From the NCBI GenBank assembly GCA_028534125.1, contig CM052816.1, positions 31,870,001-31,934,000 of the forward strand: 64,000 bases of DNA. Direction: 5' to 3'. Source of the stretch: Lama glama (Eukaryota). Made by a program: the position numbers and the translations under genes. This document shows, piece after piece, positions 1-13,639 of the stretch (position 1 is the stretch's first letter; each line of letters begins with the position of its first letter). The notes below the pieces were generated by a model that was not told the origin of the DNA, made no database searches, and saw only the letters and a program-made list of their open reading frames with translations.

Positions 1-451
1 TACAAAAATTTTTTTTGATCTGAAGGCAATTAAGCAGCAGCAAATGCAGAGAAAGTTCGCTCTCTCCCTCCTCCTTTTCTGCCTAAAAGGAGGATATAAA
101 CTCTGCTTTTACTGGAGACAAACTCTCATCAACCAAGAGCTTATCCTATCAGGGGAACCTGCAAATAAATCTTACTCAGTAGTTTCCTTCCATATATTTA
201 CCTTCCCACAGTTTTCAGCCCTTGGAAGCCTAAAATCACTTTCTTTTGCCCTGTCACTGCTCCACAAATTTATTGTTCTTTGGTAAAGATGCTATATAAG
301 CTGGAGCTCTAAGCCACCATCTGAGTTGCTCTTCGCAAAGGACATGTACTGCATGCGCTAATCAACTGTTTGTCTCTTGTTAATCCATTTTCTTTAAAGA
401 GTCCCAACTGAAAACTGAAGATGGATAGAGGTAGAGTCTTGCCTCCCAACA
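1..451 (+). mobile_element. ERV1 LTR, MER34/MER39-like (cut by window edge)
   Basis: TATA-like gctatataag at ~291 and a terminal ...gatggatagaggtagagtcttgcctcccaaCA resembling recalled MER34/39 ends. Confidence 0.55.
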
Positions 452-594
452 TGACCAAATCAGGTTATGTGTCCCCTCCCCTGGTAGCAGGGGTGGGCAG
501 AGGGACGACAGGCTGCAGTCACACTCACTGGGGTCCCTCTGAATTGGAGAGATGAATATCTATCATACTGTTGCTTTTGAGAACCTCCTCTGTG

Positions 595-682
595 ACTTTA
601 AAGAGGTTAAATAACGTGCCCTGGCATTGTGAGGTGGAGCAGGAATTCAGACTCAAGTCTTAGCTGACTCCAAACCTGTAGC
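595..682 (-). mobile_element. MIR fragment
   Basis: agaggttaaataacgtgccc...ggagcaggaattcagactcaagtc...tgactccaaa resembles the reverse MIR core. Confidence 0.55.
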
Positions 683-914
683 ACAATGAGAATTTCCCCA
701 CGTGAGCAATTACCTGTTTTCTTGCCAGCATGTAAGGGTGGGGGAGTGATTGTCCCCACGGTCACTGTCAGCCACGGGCTCCTTAAAAAAGCATTTCACA
801 TCAAGTCCCAGGATCCTCACGCTCATTTTAGGTGTTTCTTCTGATTTTCCTCACCTCCTATTCTCTCTGCAAGCAGCCAGTTCCTAATCAAACCAGGGTG
901 GTTTGACCCTCTAG

Positions 915-1070
915 CTCATTATTTCTCAAAATGTGGTCCTCAAAACAGCTGCATTAGCATCATCTGGATGATGCCAAATCATTGGGGATGCCAAATCTCA
1001 GACCCCACAGCAAGATCTACTGAATCAGAAACTGGGGGTAGCAATCTTTATTTTAACAAGCTCTCCAAGC
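915..1070. mobile_element. MER5A-like hAT-Charlie element
   Basis: ttctcaaaatgtggtcc...gcattagcatcatctgg...ctactgaatcagaaactggggg...ttttaacaagctctcc. Confidence 0.7.
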
Positions 1071-3087
1071 CTCTGAGGGAGGCTTAAATTTGTTCTGGTT
1101 GCTGGACCTTCTCAGTGTGGTTCCCCACACCGGGGGTGGCCATCAGCCTGCCTCTCATTAAACTCTACTCCTCTCTCACAGACAGTCACTGACCTGCTTT
1201 GGGAAGCACCCCCAGTCTGGGCACAAAGGCTTTAAGAATTTGTTCTTTCCTATAATGTCTACATCAAGCCAACAAAACCTTCAGAGTAAACTAAACATTC
1301 CTCTAAAGAGAATGTGCACATATGTTCTGAATACTGAATTCTGACAACCAAAGGTAGGATAGATGTCATGATATTTTGTATTATGAGGCCATGGAGAAAA
1401 AACATGTGTTTTCTCTATGGCACCCAAGACAGTAGCCATGCTTCACAAATATTTCTCAAATGTTTATCTACTTATTAGAATAGTAGAATCCTGACCATAG
1501 AGTTGGGTGACTACCTACTGAGGCTCTCCATGGGTACAGGGTTCATTCATATTACAAGGAAATCCATGGAAAGGTGAGATGATTAAAACAGGGTTTTAGT
1601 GAAACTTTTTACAGCTTTTTATAAATGTAGATTCATGCCTGTAGGCAAAGCTTCACGCAGCTCTCTTTACCAAGGCAAAAATGAGACTCCTCAGTTTCCA
1701 TGGATTTATGATTCCCGTGAAAAACATTCCAGTATTCTTCTGCAATGAAATATGACTTAAAAGTAATTTTACTTCAACATTTTACCTCAAAAAATGACTT
1801 TTTTCCTACTTCTAGATAGCTTGCACATGTCTTTTGATAGATTAATTTCTTTATTATAACATTTAATTTTTCTTATTACTGAAACTATATATATTCACTG
1901 TAAATATAATAAATTAATCTCTCTAAGTCAATATTTTGCATTTTTCTTTTCTTTTTATAATTCAGTTTTATAATTAGTAGAATTTATCAGGTGAATGGAA
2001 TTATTTTGTAGAGATTAATGCGAGAAAGCAATCTTGAATTCTCTTGCCAAAATGGCAAACTCTATTCTTATTTTTTAAAACTAGTTGGTTACCAATATTT
2101 AATAAAATGCACACTGTATTTTAGTGACTGTTTATGGTCAAATTAAGTAAAATATAGTTATTTAATATGCATTTAATATCTCTCTGCATAATAAATAAGA
2201 GTCATAGTTTTGTCTGAACTTTTCTTAAGTCAGTGAGAACAAAACAACCTCCCCCCGACAAACACACACTTTTCCTGGGACTGACGCCTGTTTCATGGAT
2301 GAAACTGCTCAGAAAATCTGAGAGCAAGGAAGGAGAGAGGGTGTGAAAGATTTAGTGTCTTTTCATGGGTGATCCAGTGTAGCTGCGTGATGACTCCACC
2401 TTGCTGTTCACCACTGCTGTGACTGCAATCTATCTTTGATCTAAGAGAGCATCTTCCCACTCCCTACGTTAACAATAAGTAGAGTATCATTTCAAATTAG
2501 ATAAGAATAGCGTTAAGCTGTACAGTTTCTTATAGGTTTTTTTTCATGTTTGTAATTTTTATAAGTATGTATTGTGTGAGGTCCCATAATCTAGATATAT
2601 CTAAACATGCTTTGCTAGACATAACCTATTATTATTAATTCAAAGATCACATTCATTAGATCACAAGTGTGACAACTAAACTTCCAAAAAATAAATGTAA
2701 GATAATTAAGCCTAATGCTCACGGAGGGGAATGTATGTTCGAACCTTTATTTTTTAGCAGATCCAGAGCTTCTGCAGCAGAGAGTCTAAAGCAAGACCAC
2801 CTCTGTCAGATAAGGGGGCTGGCAACGGTATCGATGGTGGCCAGGGCGGGGTGAAGGGTGGGGGTGGCTCTCCAAGGCCACAGACAGCAGCTTAGGCTGA
2901 AGGGCTCCCTCACTCTGGGGTCACATCAGGAGCACAGTTGATTGGCCTTTCTATAGCTCTTATGGAGAATATAGGCGAGGAAAAGGGATTTAGTCTAAAA
3001 TGTAGCTGAGGTGGCAAATAGGGGTCAGGATTCTTATAGAAGAGTTCCATGAGCCCCATGAAGAGTGCTCCTTTTCTGCTACGTCAG

Positions 3088-3639
3088 TGTAGCTGGCAGA
3101 CCTTAGGAATTCCCATTTCTTGACGTTAATGCTTTTGTAAAATCTCTTCCTCTCGAGTGTGAGTGAGACCCATGACTAGTTTCTAACCAATAAAATACAG
3201 CAAAGGTGATGGGCTGTCACTCTCATGACTTTGTTATATTATATGACTTCATTTTTTCAGACGGAGAGACTCTCTTGCTGGCCTTAGAGAAGCAGTCAGC
3301 CACGTTAGATGCTGGCTGTAGAGAAAGTCACGTGGCTGATAACTACAGGTGGCTGAAGAGGGCCTCCAGCCAACAGCCACGAAGAAGCAGGGGTCCTCAG
3401 TCATTCAGCCTCAGGAAATGAATTCCGCCAGCAACTTGAATGAGTTTGGAGCAGATTCTTCCCGGGCAAGCCTCCAGCTGAGAGTGCAGCCTGGCCATCA
3501 CCTTGACTGCAGCCTTGCAGGGCCCAGCTAACCTGTACGCAGACTCCTCTCCCACTGTAACTATGAGATAATAAATGTGAATTATTTTAAGCCACTAAGT
3601 TTGTGGTAACTTGTCCTTGTAGTATAGAAAATGAATACA
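3088..3639 (+). mobile_element. MaLR solo LTR (MLT1E/F-like)
   Basis: TG...CA ends, ttctaaccaataaaatacagcaaaggtgatggg, ggaaatgaattccgccagcaacttgaatgag, and ttttaagccactaagtttgtggtaacttg...aatgaataca. Explains ORFs 3206 and 3349. Confidence 0.8.
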
Positions 3640-4176
3640 CTGGGTCAACGTGGGATCTCTTTACTTTGAATCAACCAAGATTAACAAACTCCTTCCCTCT
3701 TGTCTTTGGAATGATTCCAACCCTCACTATGGGGAGTCTGGTGCCTAACTCTGTGAGGTTTTCTTGACTTCCGAGAGGTCTCAAGCTTTAAGTGAATGCT
3801 CACAAATACTTTTTAATTCTTTCACAAAACTAAAGATCACCTCTACTAGAAGATGATGGAAGGGATTTCATAAGTACAGATTTGGTATATATTAAATTAA
3901 TCTTAAAGAATGGAGAACTAGGAAAAGCAAAAATAGAATCTTTTGATTCATTTGCTTCCTCATTCTATAAAACAAAAACATGAGGATTTATTTAGGCAAC
4001 AATAACAGCAACAGTGAGTCAGTAAACTGTTCTTCCAGTACACGAACCGCAAAAAAACTCTGAGCAAGGAAGCGTTCCTAAGGTACTGTTATCTGTATAA
4101 TTTTTGTACACTTTTATGTATAATAAACATACACAGAAATATGGATTTAGGGCTTGAGATGCCACTGACAATTTTT

Positions 4177-4610
4177 CACTCATTCAACAAATATTGACGA
4201 AGAAACCTATGTGCCCAGGCACTCCTCTAAACACTTTTTAAAATGTACTCATCAATAAATACAATAACAAAGAACTTTTCCCAGATGACATTTGCAGTTT
4301 AGCAAGAGGAATAAACAGTAAACAATGAAAATAATAAACAATTAAATAATTCAGTACCTTAGAAAGTGATGTACATGAAGTTGGAAAGCAGGATAAGGGA
4401 AGGGCAGGTGAGTGCTGGGGAGGGCAGACGGGGTGTGGGATGAAAGATGGGGAGTGGAGGCCTAGAGAATCAGGTGAGATTTGAGCGAAGACTTACTGCA
4501 AGTGGTGAATTCAGTCCACCAGGTATCTGGGGGGAGCAGGTTCCACATGGAGATAACAGTGAAAGCAAAGGCTCTGAGGCAGGGGCATGCCAGCCACTCC
4601 TCCAGGAAGA
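4177..4610 (-). mobile_element. L2 3' fragment
   Basis: cactcattcaacaaatattg...tatgtgcccaggcact, and ggtgagatttgagcgaagactt...gcaaaggctctgaggcagg. Confidence 0.7.
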
Positions 4611-4629
4611 CAGAGGAGTCATTACAGTG

Positions 4630-5190
4630 ATGGCCCAGAACTTCCCAAACTTTCCAAAAGGTCATGGCACCCTTAGGTTCTGAATAATTTTTTCACAGCA
4701 CCCTTATGCCAAAATAATACCCAACAGTACCTTTTACAAAGTAGTTAGATCCAAAAAAACAAATGAGTATTTATGTCCTAACAATTGAGTAGCCATTCAA
4801 AAAGATAATGCACATGAAATGAAGGGGAAAAAAAGTTTCATTTACTTGTTAACCACAATGGCCTACAAACGAAGTGCATGTGCCTTTTGGACCCTGCACG
4901 ACTCCTCAGGTGTTGGAATCAGATCAGATACTGCCATCCTCACTATTCCACGCTGATTTTTAAACCATACCTGCTTTTTATCCCATCAACCTCTGAAAAC
5001 CCATCTTTGCAAAAATATGTCATCCAAAGGAATGTAAGAGCAATCTAGTAGCGAAACTCTCAAGTAATTTGCTTGGTCTCTGAGAGATGTTGCTCTGTTT
5101 CTCTCAAAAATCACCATGTCCCAGGACATCCCCATGAGTTTGCTGCAGTCCCCTGGAATGTCCCCGCCCACAGTTTTAGAACTGTGGCAT
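4630..5190. mobile_element. hAT-Charlie-like DNA transposon remnant
   Basis: Termini resemble Charlie TIRs (cttcccaaacttt...catggcaccctt at the left, cacagttttagaactgtgg at the right) around an AT-rich interior. Confidence 0.45.
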
Positions 5191-8100
5191 TAACATACAC
5201 CCAAACCTCGTCCCTTCTCTTGGATCAAGCTACTTCTAGCCTCTTGAGTAGTTTCTCTGCCTTCTTTTCTAGAATTCCCCTTTCCTCGTTTCCTGAGTAG
5301 CCCTAGACAACCTTAATAAGGCATAAATATAACTGTGTATCCCATAGTAATACAATCATTTAGAGGCCTTATTCTGGTGAAGAACTCATTTCCTTTGTTC
5401 TCTGGGTTCTTTAAAGGATTTAACCCCTTTTGAATATTTTAAACACCAAACTGATCATATTGTAATTAACAAATTAAAACACATCTCTTCACAACACCTA
5501 TAAACAGTGGGAAGCTGAAGCAAATAGTATCTATTCCCATAAAAATAAGTCTGTTTATTGTGGAAGACAGTAATTTTGTCTGCTAGCACTTGCTCTTTGA
5601 CATTACCTTAAGGCTTACCTGTTCAATTATTTTAAAAATCATATTAACAATCTGCATCATTACAAACTGTTTTTTAAAGGGCAAAGGAACACTTTAGCTC
5701 ATTATGGGAATTTCCAAGGACTATGAGAACACAATACTTTTATTCTAATGAAAATTAAACAGTCATTAGCTTTCAGACAAGGAAAGACTAGAAAGCACAT
5801 TCTCATCGTGAGAATCAATCATGCACCTCCGTTTCTCCAAATCTCCAGTCACCTTCCGACTGCTCATGTGACACAGAGTTAGCAGCAGTAAGGATGCTGT
5901 CATAGCCCATTACCAACGCCACACACTGTGAAACAGGGCTGGCAGCAGCCTGGCGTTCCATGCCTCAAATTGAGAATTAAATCAAATTGAATTTGCCTTA
6001 TGCAGAGGTAAAATAATACAGTAGGTCCCCGGGCACCCCACTGTCCTCCAAATTAAAAAGGTCATGATTTCTTATCAAGTAAAATGAGAAGGAAATGACA
6101 AATTAAACCTCTGCTTATCTACACTCTTGGCTAATTACAAAATTAGAGATTCATTCCCCTACTGCCACCACCACCAGGGCCAGTCTTCTGCGGTGACGTA
6201 GTGCCATCTAGTGCTAGTATCATCCTGAGGGAATAGAAAAGCACACAAATAAAGGAGTCCTAAAAAGCAATGCGAAAATCAAATCAAATCAACAAATATT
6301 TACTGAGCACCTACTATATAAATATCACATGACTGTTTTTTTCCTTCACAATTCTGCAACATCTTTCAGAGGCTTGAATTGCCCTAAGTTTTGTGGAAAT
6401 TGTTTATGTTGTGGTAGAGAGGAAAAAGAGCTGTTCTGTTGCAAGTTTTGTGCATGATTTTGTCAATATGAAGTGTGGAGCTGGCCATGAGCTGCTGAGC
6501 TGGAGCAGAGCCCTGATTACATTTGCTGCACCTCTTCCCAGAAAAATATGTGGCTACTTAGCATTTATATTGCACTTTTCGTCTCTAAACCACCTTACAG
6601 AACTTCTCTGATTAATTCCCCCAATGCCCTGGCAAAGTAGTTATTACTCCACACTATTAGCTTTTTTTATGAAAGCTTTTGATGGTTGTTTCCACTGCGG
6701 GCGAGTGAACTGCATTCGCCAAAGAGAATTTCTCCAAAGACTCATGTCCAGAGTCAAAGAATAATTACCATTTAAAACTTTAATGTTTCCCCCTTTTTTT
6801 TTCAGAGAAAAAAAGCCTTATAATTAATTCAAGTGGTGAACATATTGTCCCTTTTCCAGTCAAGAATAAGAATGTCCGAATGAAGGAAAGCATTGTATCA
6901 TCAATATGAGATTTCACCCTAGTCTCATCACTGCTACCACACCAGAGGACTCTCCCCTAAAATAACAGCATTGTTGTGTCCTCAGAGTAAAGAAAACCCA
7001 GGAGACAAATGAGATGGGCAGGCTGCTAAAACAGGAGGACCTTATAAATTAGGATTCTCATACATTAAGGGGCTGACGTTTTTTATTTAAAAACTAAGCA
7101 TCTGTGTCTCTTCATTTAATCACATTTTATGAACCAGCTATTCCTTATAACATTTCAATTAGTGGTGTAATTTAGGGCAAAAAAAATGGTAGAGAAGTTA
7201 TGCTTTCATGAGTAATTGTCACATTTTCCTGTATATAATTCAAGTTTTAGCATCTTAACTGCACTCTTCCCTTTTTTAAAAGAAGAAAAATTTAGCACAT
7301 TTTTTAGATCACAAAGATATTTACTACGTGACTACCATACAATATGTAACAAAATATGAGTGTTCCAAGAGAAAGGGCACACATTAAGATGCATCCCAGG
7401 GAGAAGGAGAGCAGAGCAGGTAGAAGAGTCAAGAGGTAGAATCCTAAGTGTCATGTCAGTGCCGGGAGAGGCCCAGACACACCAGCATTGCCAGGGAGAG
7501 GCCTGGCTCCTTCACAACATTCATTTTTCTGCTTTTATGTTTATTTGTCTTTATCTTAAGAGATTACCAGCTGAAGAGATACATATGACAGGCATTTCAC
7601 AATGCATGTTTTATGACTGAAAAAGTTTCACATTTGAAATAATCATCCAATATTTTCAGCTTAAAAAAAAAGATTATTCTATGTTATGTGGGAAGCAGTA
7701 AGTTAGAATTAATGTATCACATGCCATTTCCAAAATCCTTTCCGCAGACCTAGGAGGATGTTTTCAGTGGTGTCTCAATGCCAGCTTTTTAAAAACAATC
7801 TCTACTTATAGCCACTTTATGTAAGGGGATTCATCACTGTTCTGTTACCTAATGCATTTTAGTAAAGTTTAGAACTTAGGAAGAAAAGATTGATAGTGAG
7901 AACTAAAATAAAAACTCTAATGAGCATATTAGGCCAAATTATCTCCTAACAGGAAAACTTATCATTTTTATTAAAAAGAGTTTAATTCGGGTTGTTGGGA
8001 GGAGCAAAGGTAGGGTATTATTCCAGGAGAAGTGTGTGTCCATCTTAGAAGAGGTGGGAGACTCAGGTGAACAAGAAGGGAAGAGAAGGTGTATTGCTAG

Positions 8101-8737
8101 TCTGCAGTTCAGAGAGAGCAGCTACTGCCAACAAAAGCTAAAAGTCACCCACTGCCTACCAGATGAAGCTGAAACCTTTTATCTGGGTAGGGGAGATACT
8201 CATTTACTCACATTGCATTCAGAAGTGGCCAGAGAGCTGAATATTTTTTCCTTTCTGTAAGACTGACCTGATCTTCCTCATCAAGCTTCCACCTAGGTGA
8301 GTAGCATGGATAACTTAGATTTGCAGTTAGTAATATTTTAAGCCCTTTAGTGTTAAACAGTCAGTTTAAATGATTACATTTAAATACCCAGTCTGTTCAG
8401 AGTTAGCCTTATAGCACAGCTAGTTTCCTTGATCTCTTTTGGATGACTCAGATCTTTTAACCGAACTTTCAGTCTTTCAGATTTTGTTCCCTCACTTCCA
8501 ACTTCCCTGAGGTGGTCACTGTATAGATAAAAGGGACTTACTGTGCCCTCCTGGCAAGAGCAAGGAGGGGGCCTGGGACCATCATGACATCCTCTGAATC
8601 CAGTGATCCCTGCTGCTGAGTGGCTGGAATGCGTGATCCCAGAGGTGCAATATCAACATAGTCTAGTTCACACTCACTCTATTTATGATAGAATAACATG
8701 TCAGAATGCCGAAAATAATAATAACAAAATAATAAAC

Positions 8738-9162
8738 TGTGAGTCAGGTAACTGGAGCATGCACAGAAGAGGAAATTTTGACCTGAAATAACACCTGGAA
8801 CCAAAGTTTCTCCCCACCACGGAACCAAAGCACTGGGATACAAGCAAAACTGGAAAGCTGGAACTTCAGAAGGAGGGTCTGTGATTCAGGAAGATCTGGT
8901 GTTAAAGTCCTTTTTCATATCTTACCATAAATCGTCTTGTTTAAAGTCCTTCCAGTCAAAATCAGTCCTGCCAGCACTTCCTCATTCTAACCCATCCTTC
9001 CCTAACTCATAAAAGTCTGACCTAGCCCCAGTTTAGGGAATTAGATTTGACCCTGCCTCCTGTCTTCTTGCTGGTCGACCTCAAAGATCTTTCTTTTCTC
9101 AAAGCCAGTGCCATAGTGTTGGCTTCTATGTGCATCAGGCAGCGAGCCCTTGTGCAGTAACA
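8738..9162 (+). mobile_element. ERVL-class LTR (MER54/MER73/MER74-like)
   Basis: 3' end cttttctcaaagccagtgccatagtgttggcttctatgtgcatcaggcagcgagccc...gtaaCA is typical of this group. The start is approximate. Confidence 0.55.
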
Positions 9163-11189
9163 CAACTGGCCACATCTGGTTGTTTGGAGGTGATATGAGA
9201 TCTTCCACCTCTAGGCCTGTGGTCCCAGCTGTTTGTCCGCAGTCAAGATGGCCCTATAGATGGTAATCTCTGTGTTCTTACCCCCGGCCTCTGTCAGGTC
9301 CCATCACAGTTGGTACATCCATATCCCCTTCCTGGGGCAAAAAGGAATTCCTACATCCCTTGCTTACCACTTCAAATCCACAGGAAACCAGAAAGGCTGC
9401 TACAGGCTTGTCCATTCCCACCACTGTTGCTGGGGCACCATCTAAACTTTCCATGCTGCAAGGCTGCTTTTAAATCTTGCCGTGTCCCATAGCATAACTG
9501 AGAAACCAGTAGAACCAGTCATTTGGGCTTCCACAAAGCTCTCTGGATAGTTCTGTAAGGTCAGATGCCTGACCGTCCTGGTTTCCCTTCTTTCCTAACC
9601 CCTGTGGAGGGGACAGAGGGATCTCAGACTTTTCTTTCTCTTTGTCAATGCTTCTGGTTCGTTTCATAACAGACATAAAACTTGATATTTGTTCTGCACA
9701 CTGGAGTAAACTGGAGGAGATTTGGGGACATCTATCTACATCTATATGTCTTGCTGAAAAAAATTCATTACATTGTTTTTAGAATATATAATTGTAATGA
9801 ATAAAATCGCCAAGTATTAAGTTATTAAAATCTGAATTTGTATAAAAACACAAACATTTTCCAGTCTTTTAAGAGAAACTTGAACTTGACTTTATGTGCA
9901 TAAATTTTATGTCAGCTTCTACCCCTAAAATAGCCACAAGCAATTTCTGATCAAGTCTAGTGATGACCCCTCCAAATTCTAGAAAGTTGACATTGATGAG
10001 AACGTTTATCTCACAAAAGAGTGATAAAATTTAAAATAATTTTCTACATCAAATATATTACAACCATTCAAAATTTTGGAATTTTATAAAACATAATAGT
10101 TGAAATAATGACATTTTAAAAAAAAGGCTCTATCAGTTCTTTTTTTCCTTTCATGGACAAATGTAATATTGAAATCTTGGGTGATAATGCAAAAGCACCT
10201 CAAGTCCAATCAAACTTTTTCCCACTCCAAGTATTCAAACTAATGGTAAAGTTAATTTGCAGAAGGCACATGCATTATTAAAGCAGTCACTCCCCCTATA
10301 GCTTGGGCACCATAAAATGGTACACCTGCTGCACATGGGCAAAAAATCTGACGTATAGAAATTAGCCATAACCGGGTCTACTGGGAGTCTGTAACAGGAC
10401 TCCCCACTTCTGAACCCTGACCTCAGGCCCTCAGGTCACATCCATGCTCCTCAGCACCTGGAAGATGAGCTCCCCAACACCTCTGCATTTCCCTTCAGCA
10501 TGAGAGGCTACAATGTGTTCACAATGGGCAGCAACACACCCTGCCCATCAACTGGCTGATGAAGTTCATGCTCAAATGCAGAGCATCTCCTAAGCCAAGC
10601 ACAGGGAGAGTGCTTGATTCTATTTTGCTCAGGCCCCAGACAAAATTTTTCATGTTCTGATGCTACTAGCCAGGAGCCACAGCTACCAGCCAAGGGGTAA
10701 GGCCCCCTCAGGTCATGCAAGGTGTTCCCGAAAACCAAGGGTCAGGAGATGCCTCTAACCCACTGGTTAACACAGATTAGGAAGCCCTGTTCTACCATAT
10801 TTTTGATTCTTATTTGGGCAGCAAGCCTTCAGGCCTAGACAACAAATGGGACAGGGGCATCTTTTAAACCTTGTAGCAGAACCCTGTGATCTGCAGCCTC
10901 CGGGCTCTATTCTCAGCCTGATAAAGGAATTCAGAAAGCTGTCCTCCTTTTAGGAAAAAAACTTGGCTTTCAAGCTTATTGCCTTCTTGCTAAATCCTAT
11001 TTTGGATTTCATAAGCTAAATATTAACAACTTGCTTTTCATTTGCATTTCAACCTTAAGAATTCTAATGTCTCTTCTCCCAAGGAAGTTGTATGCTCTGG
11101 CTGAGTATAGAGAAAATCAAGTACATGGAAATAAAAGAGAAAAGCTTATTACTATTTTTCAATACCTTAACCTGGACATTCAATGCCCC

Positions 11190-11628
11190 CTAAGAAGTAG
11201 CCTCAACCTAACTCTCTAACTTCACATCTACTTACTCTTCTCCACGTAAGAATGTCATCAATCTACACAACACGGCATTTCTTGAACAGATACTGCACTA
11301 ATCACCTTTGCTCATGCTATTCATCCTGCTGGGAAAGCCCTTCCCTTCCTGTCTCCAGCACTCAAATAAAGCTATTCTTTCCCTTCAAGATCCGTCTTTT
11401 GCTGAGTCTCTGCCCACATTTGCTCCATAAAGTTGCACCTCTTTCTCCTCTGAACCCCTACAGTGTTCTGCACATCTCTCCCGCACCTCCTGTACTTTAC
11501 CTTGTGACACAGTGAGTTTTGCAGGTTTCTGCCCCTCACACCAGCTTGTGAGTTCCTTGGCAAGAGTGATGATGTCCTGTTACCTTCGTGTCTACTCAAT
11601 ACTCATAGACTCAAGTTTGAAATGAATC
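11190..11628 (+). mobile_element. L2 fragment
   Basis: cctttgctcatgctattc..ctgctgggaaagcccttcc, and tgtgagttccttggcaagag...tgaatgaat-like end. Confidence 0.6.
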
Positions 11629-11636
11629 AGGGTAGC

Positions 11637-11950
11637 AGTATTAGTGAGAAGCAGGTTTAGCTACATATAAAGGAAAAAATAATAGTAGCTTAAACACAAA
11701 GGGGATTAAACACAAAGGGTGTATCTCTCACATAACAGAGTCCAGATTCAGGGCTGTCTGTCTGGGGTTAGGCAGTACAGGGCAGGGATTTTTGCTCCAT
11801 GAAGTTATTCGGGATCTAGATTCCTTGTAGTTTCCTGCTCTGCCTTCCTCAGAAGCTGACTTACATGCTCAAGGACACCTTGTGGCTGCTCCTTGTCATA
11901 TATGAATTATAGGCAGCCAGAAGGAGAAAACCAAGGAAAGAGCACAAAGA
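11637..11950 (-). mobile_element. Old MaLR LTR (MLT1J/K-like)
   Basis: gtattagtgag...agtagcttaaacacaaa...tctctcacataacagagtccaga...ctgctctgccttcctcag. Confidence 0.55.
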
Positions 11951-11997
11951 GCACACTGATGTCTCCAAAAATAGAATCTTTTTTAAAAATAAGGAAA

Positions 11998-12045
11998 ACA
12001 CATACACACGCACGCACGCGCGCACACACACACACATGCACACAC
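11998..12045. repeat. Compound (CA)n/(CG)n microsatellite
   Basis: acacatacacacgcacgcacgcgcgcacacacacacacatgcacacac. Confidence 0.9.
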
Positions 12046-13639
12046 TATACCTGACAGAAGAAAGAAGCCACAATTTGTATACAATGTTTCAGGGAGTGAA
12101 GGGACACAAGAGGGACTGTCACAGACAACCCAGGGGAACAAAGGATTCAAATTATTGGCTTTAGTATTTCTAAGTCCAGATCAGAAATACATAAAACTAC
12201 TTATGGCAGAATTTTCCACACAGAAAGGAGGCTCTCTGGGCTGCCTGAGTAGTCAGAAGGGAGGCAAGAGAATCAAAGACTAGTGAGTGACCCTGATAAC
12301 TGCCCTCTCTCAACTGAAAGAACCCACCATAATTTGAGGGATATGAGAGCAGAAAAAATCTGCTTCCTAAATGAAGTCCTAGAAATTACTGACATATTGC
12401 AGTGGTGGAGCAGAAACAGTGACCAGAGAGAGAGAGAGCTTCAGAAAGCCCTGCTGAGTTCTCATGACCCAGTGTGGTTTGGAAGAGTATCAAAAATTCT
12501 CCATGTACCAAACTCTAGGGAGGCTCAGTGTAGCAGAGAAAGCCCAAGGACCTGAAGAAGCTTGGATGTGAGTCAGATTGAGGGAACAGAGAGTATCTTC
12601 TAGAATGTGCGCTTGAATCCGTTTGGGGAAGTCTGTATTTCATGGATGGTATCAAGGATGGAATTTAGTGACTGAGACAGGTAGGAATGTGCCAGTATGG
12701 CTGAGACAGGCAAACATCATTGTAGACCAATGACAGCCAAAAATAAGATGTCCCTTTCCTGTGGGTTATGGGAGATAGTCCAAAACTTAGGGACGACCTC
12801 CCTGTAAAAAGAAATTAATTCAAAATTAACTGAATGGGGCTCAAGTTAAATACTAAATTCAGTTTTTTAAAAAGTAGTTACATTTTAATACACATTGTCT
12901 TTAAAGAATCATACCCATACTATCAATGATAAAAGTAACTAACTGATCCTTCCAAGAAAGGGCTGGATGAGGTGATGGTGTGCCTGAGCTGAGAAGACTT
13001 CACAAAGTGGTATTAAATACAAACATGAGGACTGAATAAAAGCTTACTGTGCTGACAAACTGGAGTCACAGGAAGACTTCTTGGCAGAGCGCCCATGCAT
13101 GTAGAGGTGGTAGCTCCTGGAAGGGGATAGAAGAGCCCTGTGAGGGAAAGGATCAGAGCTCCTTGGGTCTTTCTTATCCTTCTACTTCTGTGGGTTTTCT
13201 CTATTCACACTCCGGATTTTTATTTTAATTCAGAAGTGCTAGTTCCTTAGTAGTATACTAAGTGATTCTCAAGAAACAAAATCTTGATGGCTTTTTTTTT
13301 TTTAAAAAAGGGAAGTGCCTTGGATACTGGCAAAAAAACAAGTTAGATATTTCTGCTTACGGAGTCTACTGGGGTGCTTAATCTCTTCCTGAACTAAGGA
13401 AAAGATACACGATCAAATTGAATGCATTAGCCCCCTCAGCCCAGTCTTACCTGGATGGGCAGCAGATAGTTCCAGACTGATTCCCTCCAGCACTGCTTGG
13501 GAGGTGCTCTTACACATCACCCTGCTCAAAGGGCTCGACAGACAACACTGGGCCTGATTTAAGCTGGTTTGATTTGATTTGATCCTCTGTTATCTGTCAG
13601 GTGTGGGAACCCACAGAGAAAGCAGAAATGCTTAACACT

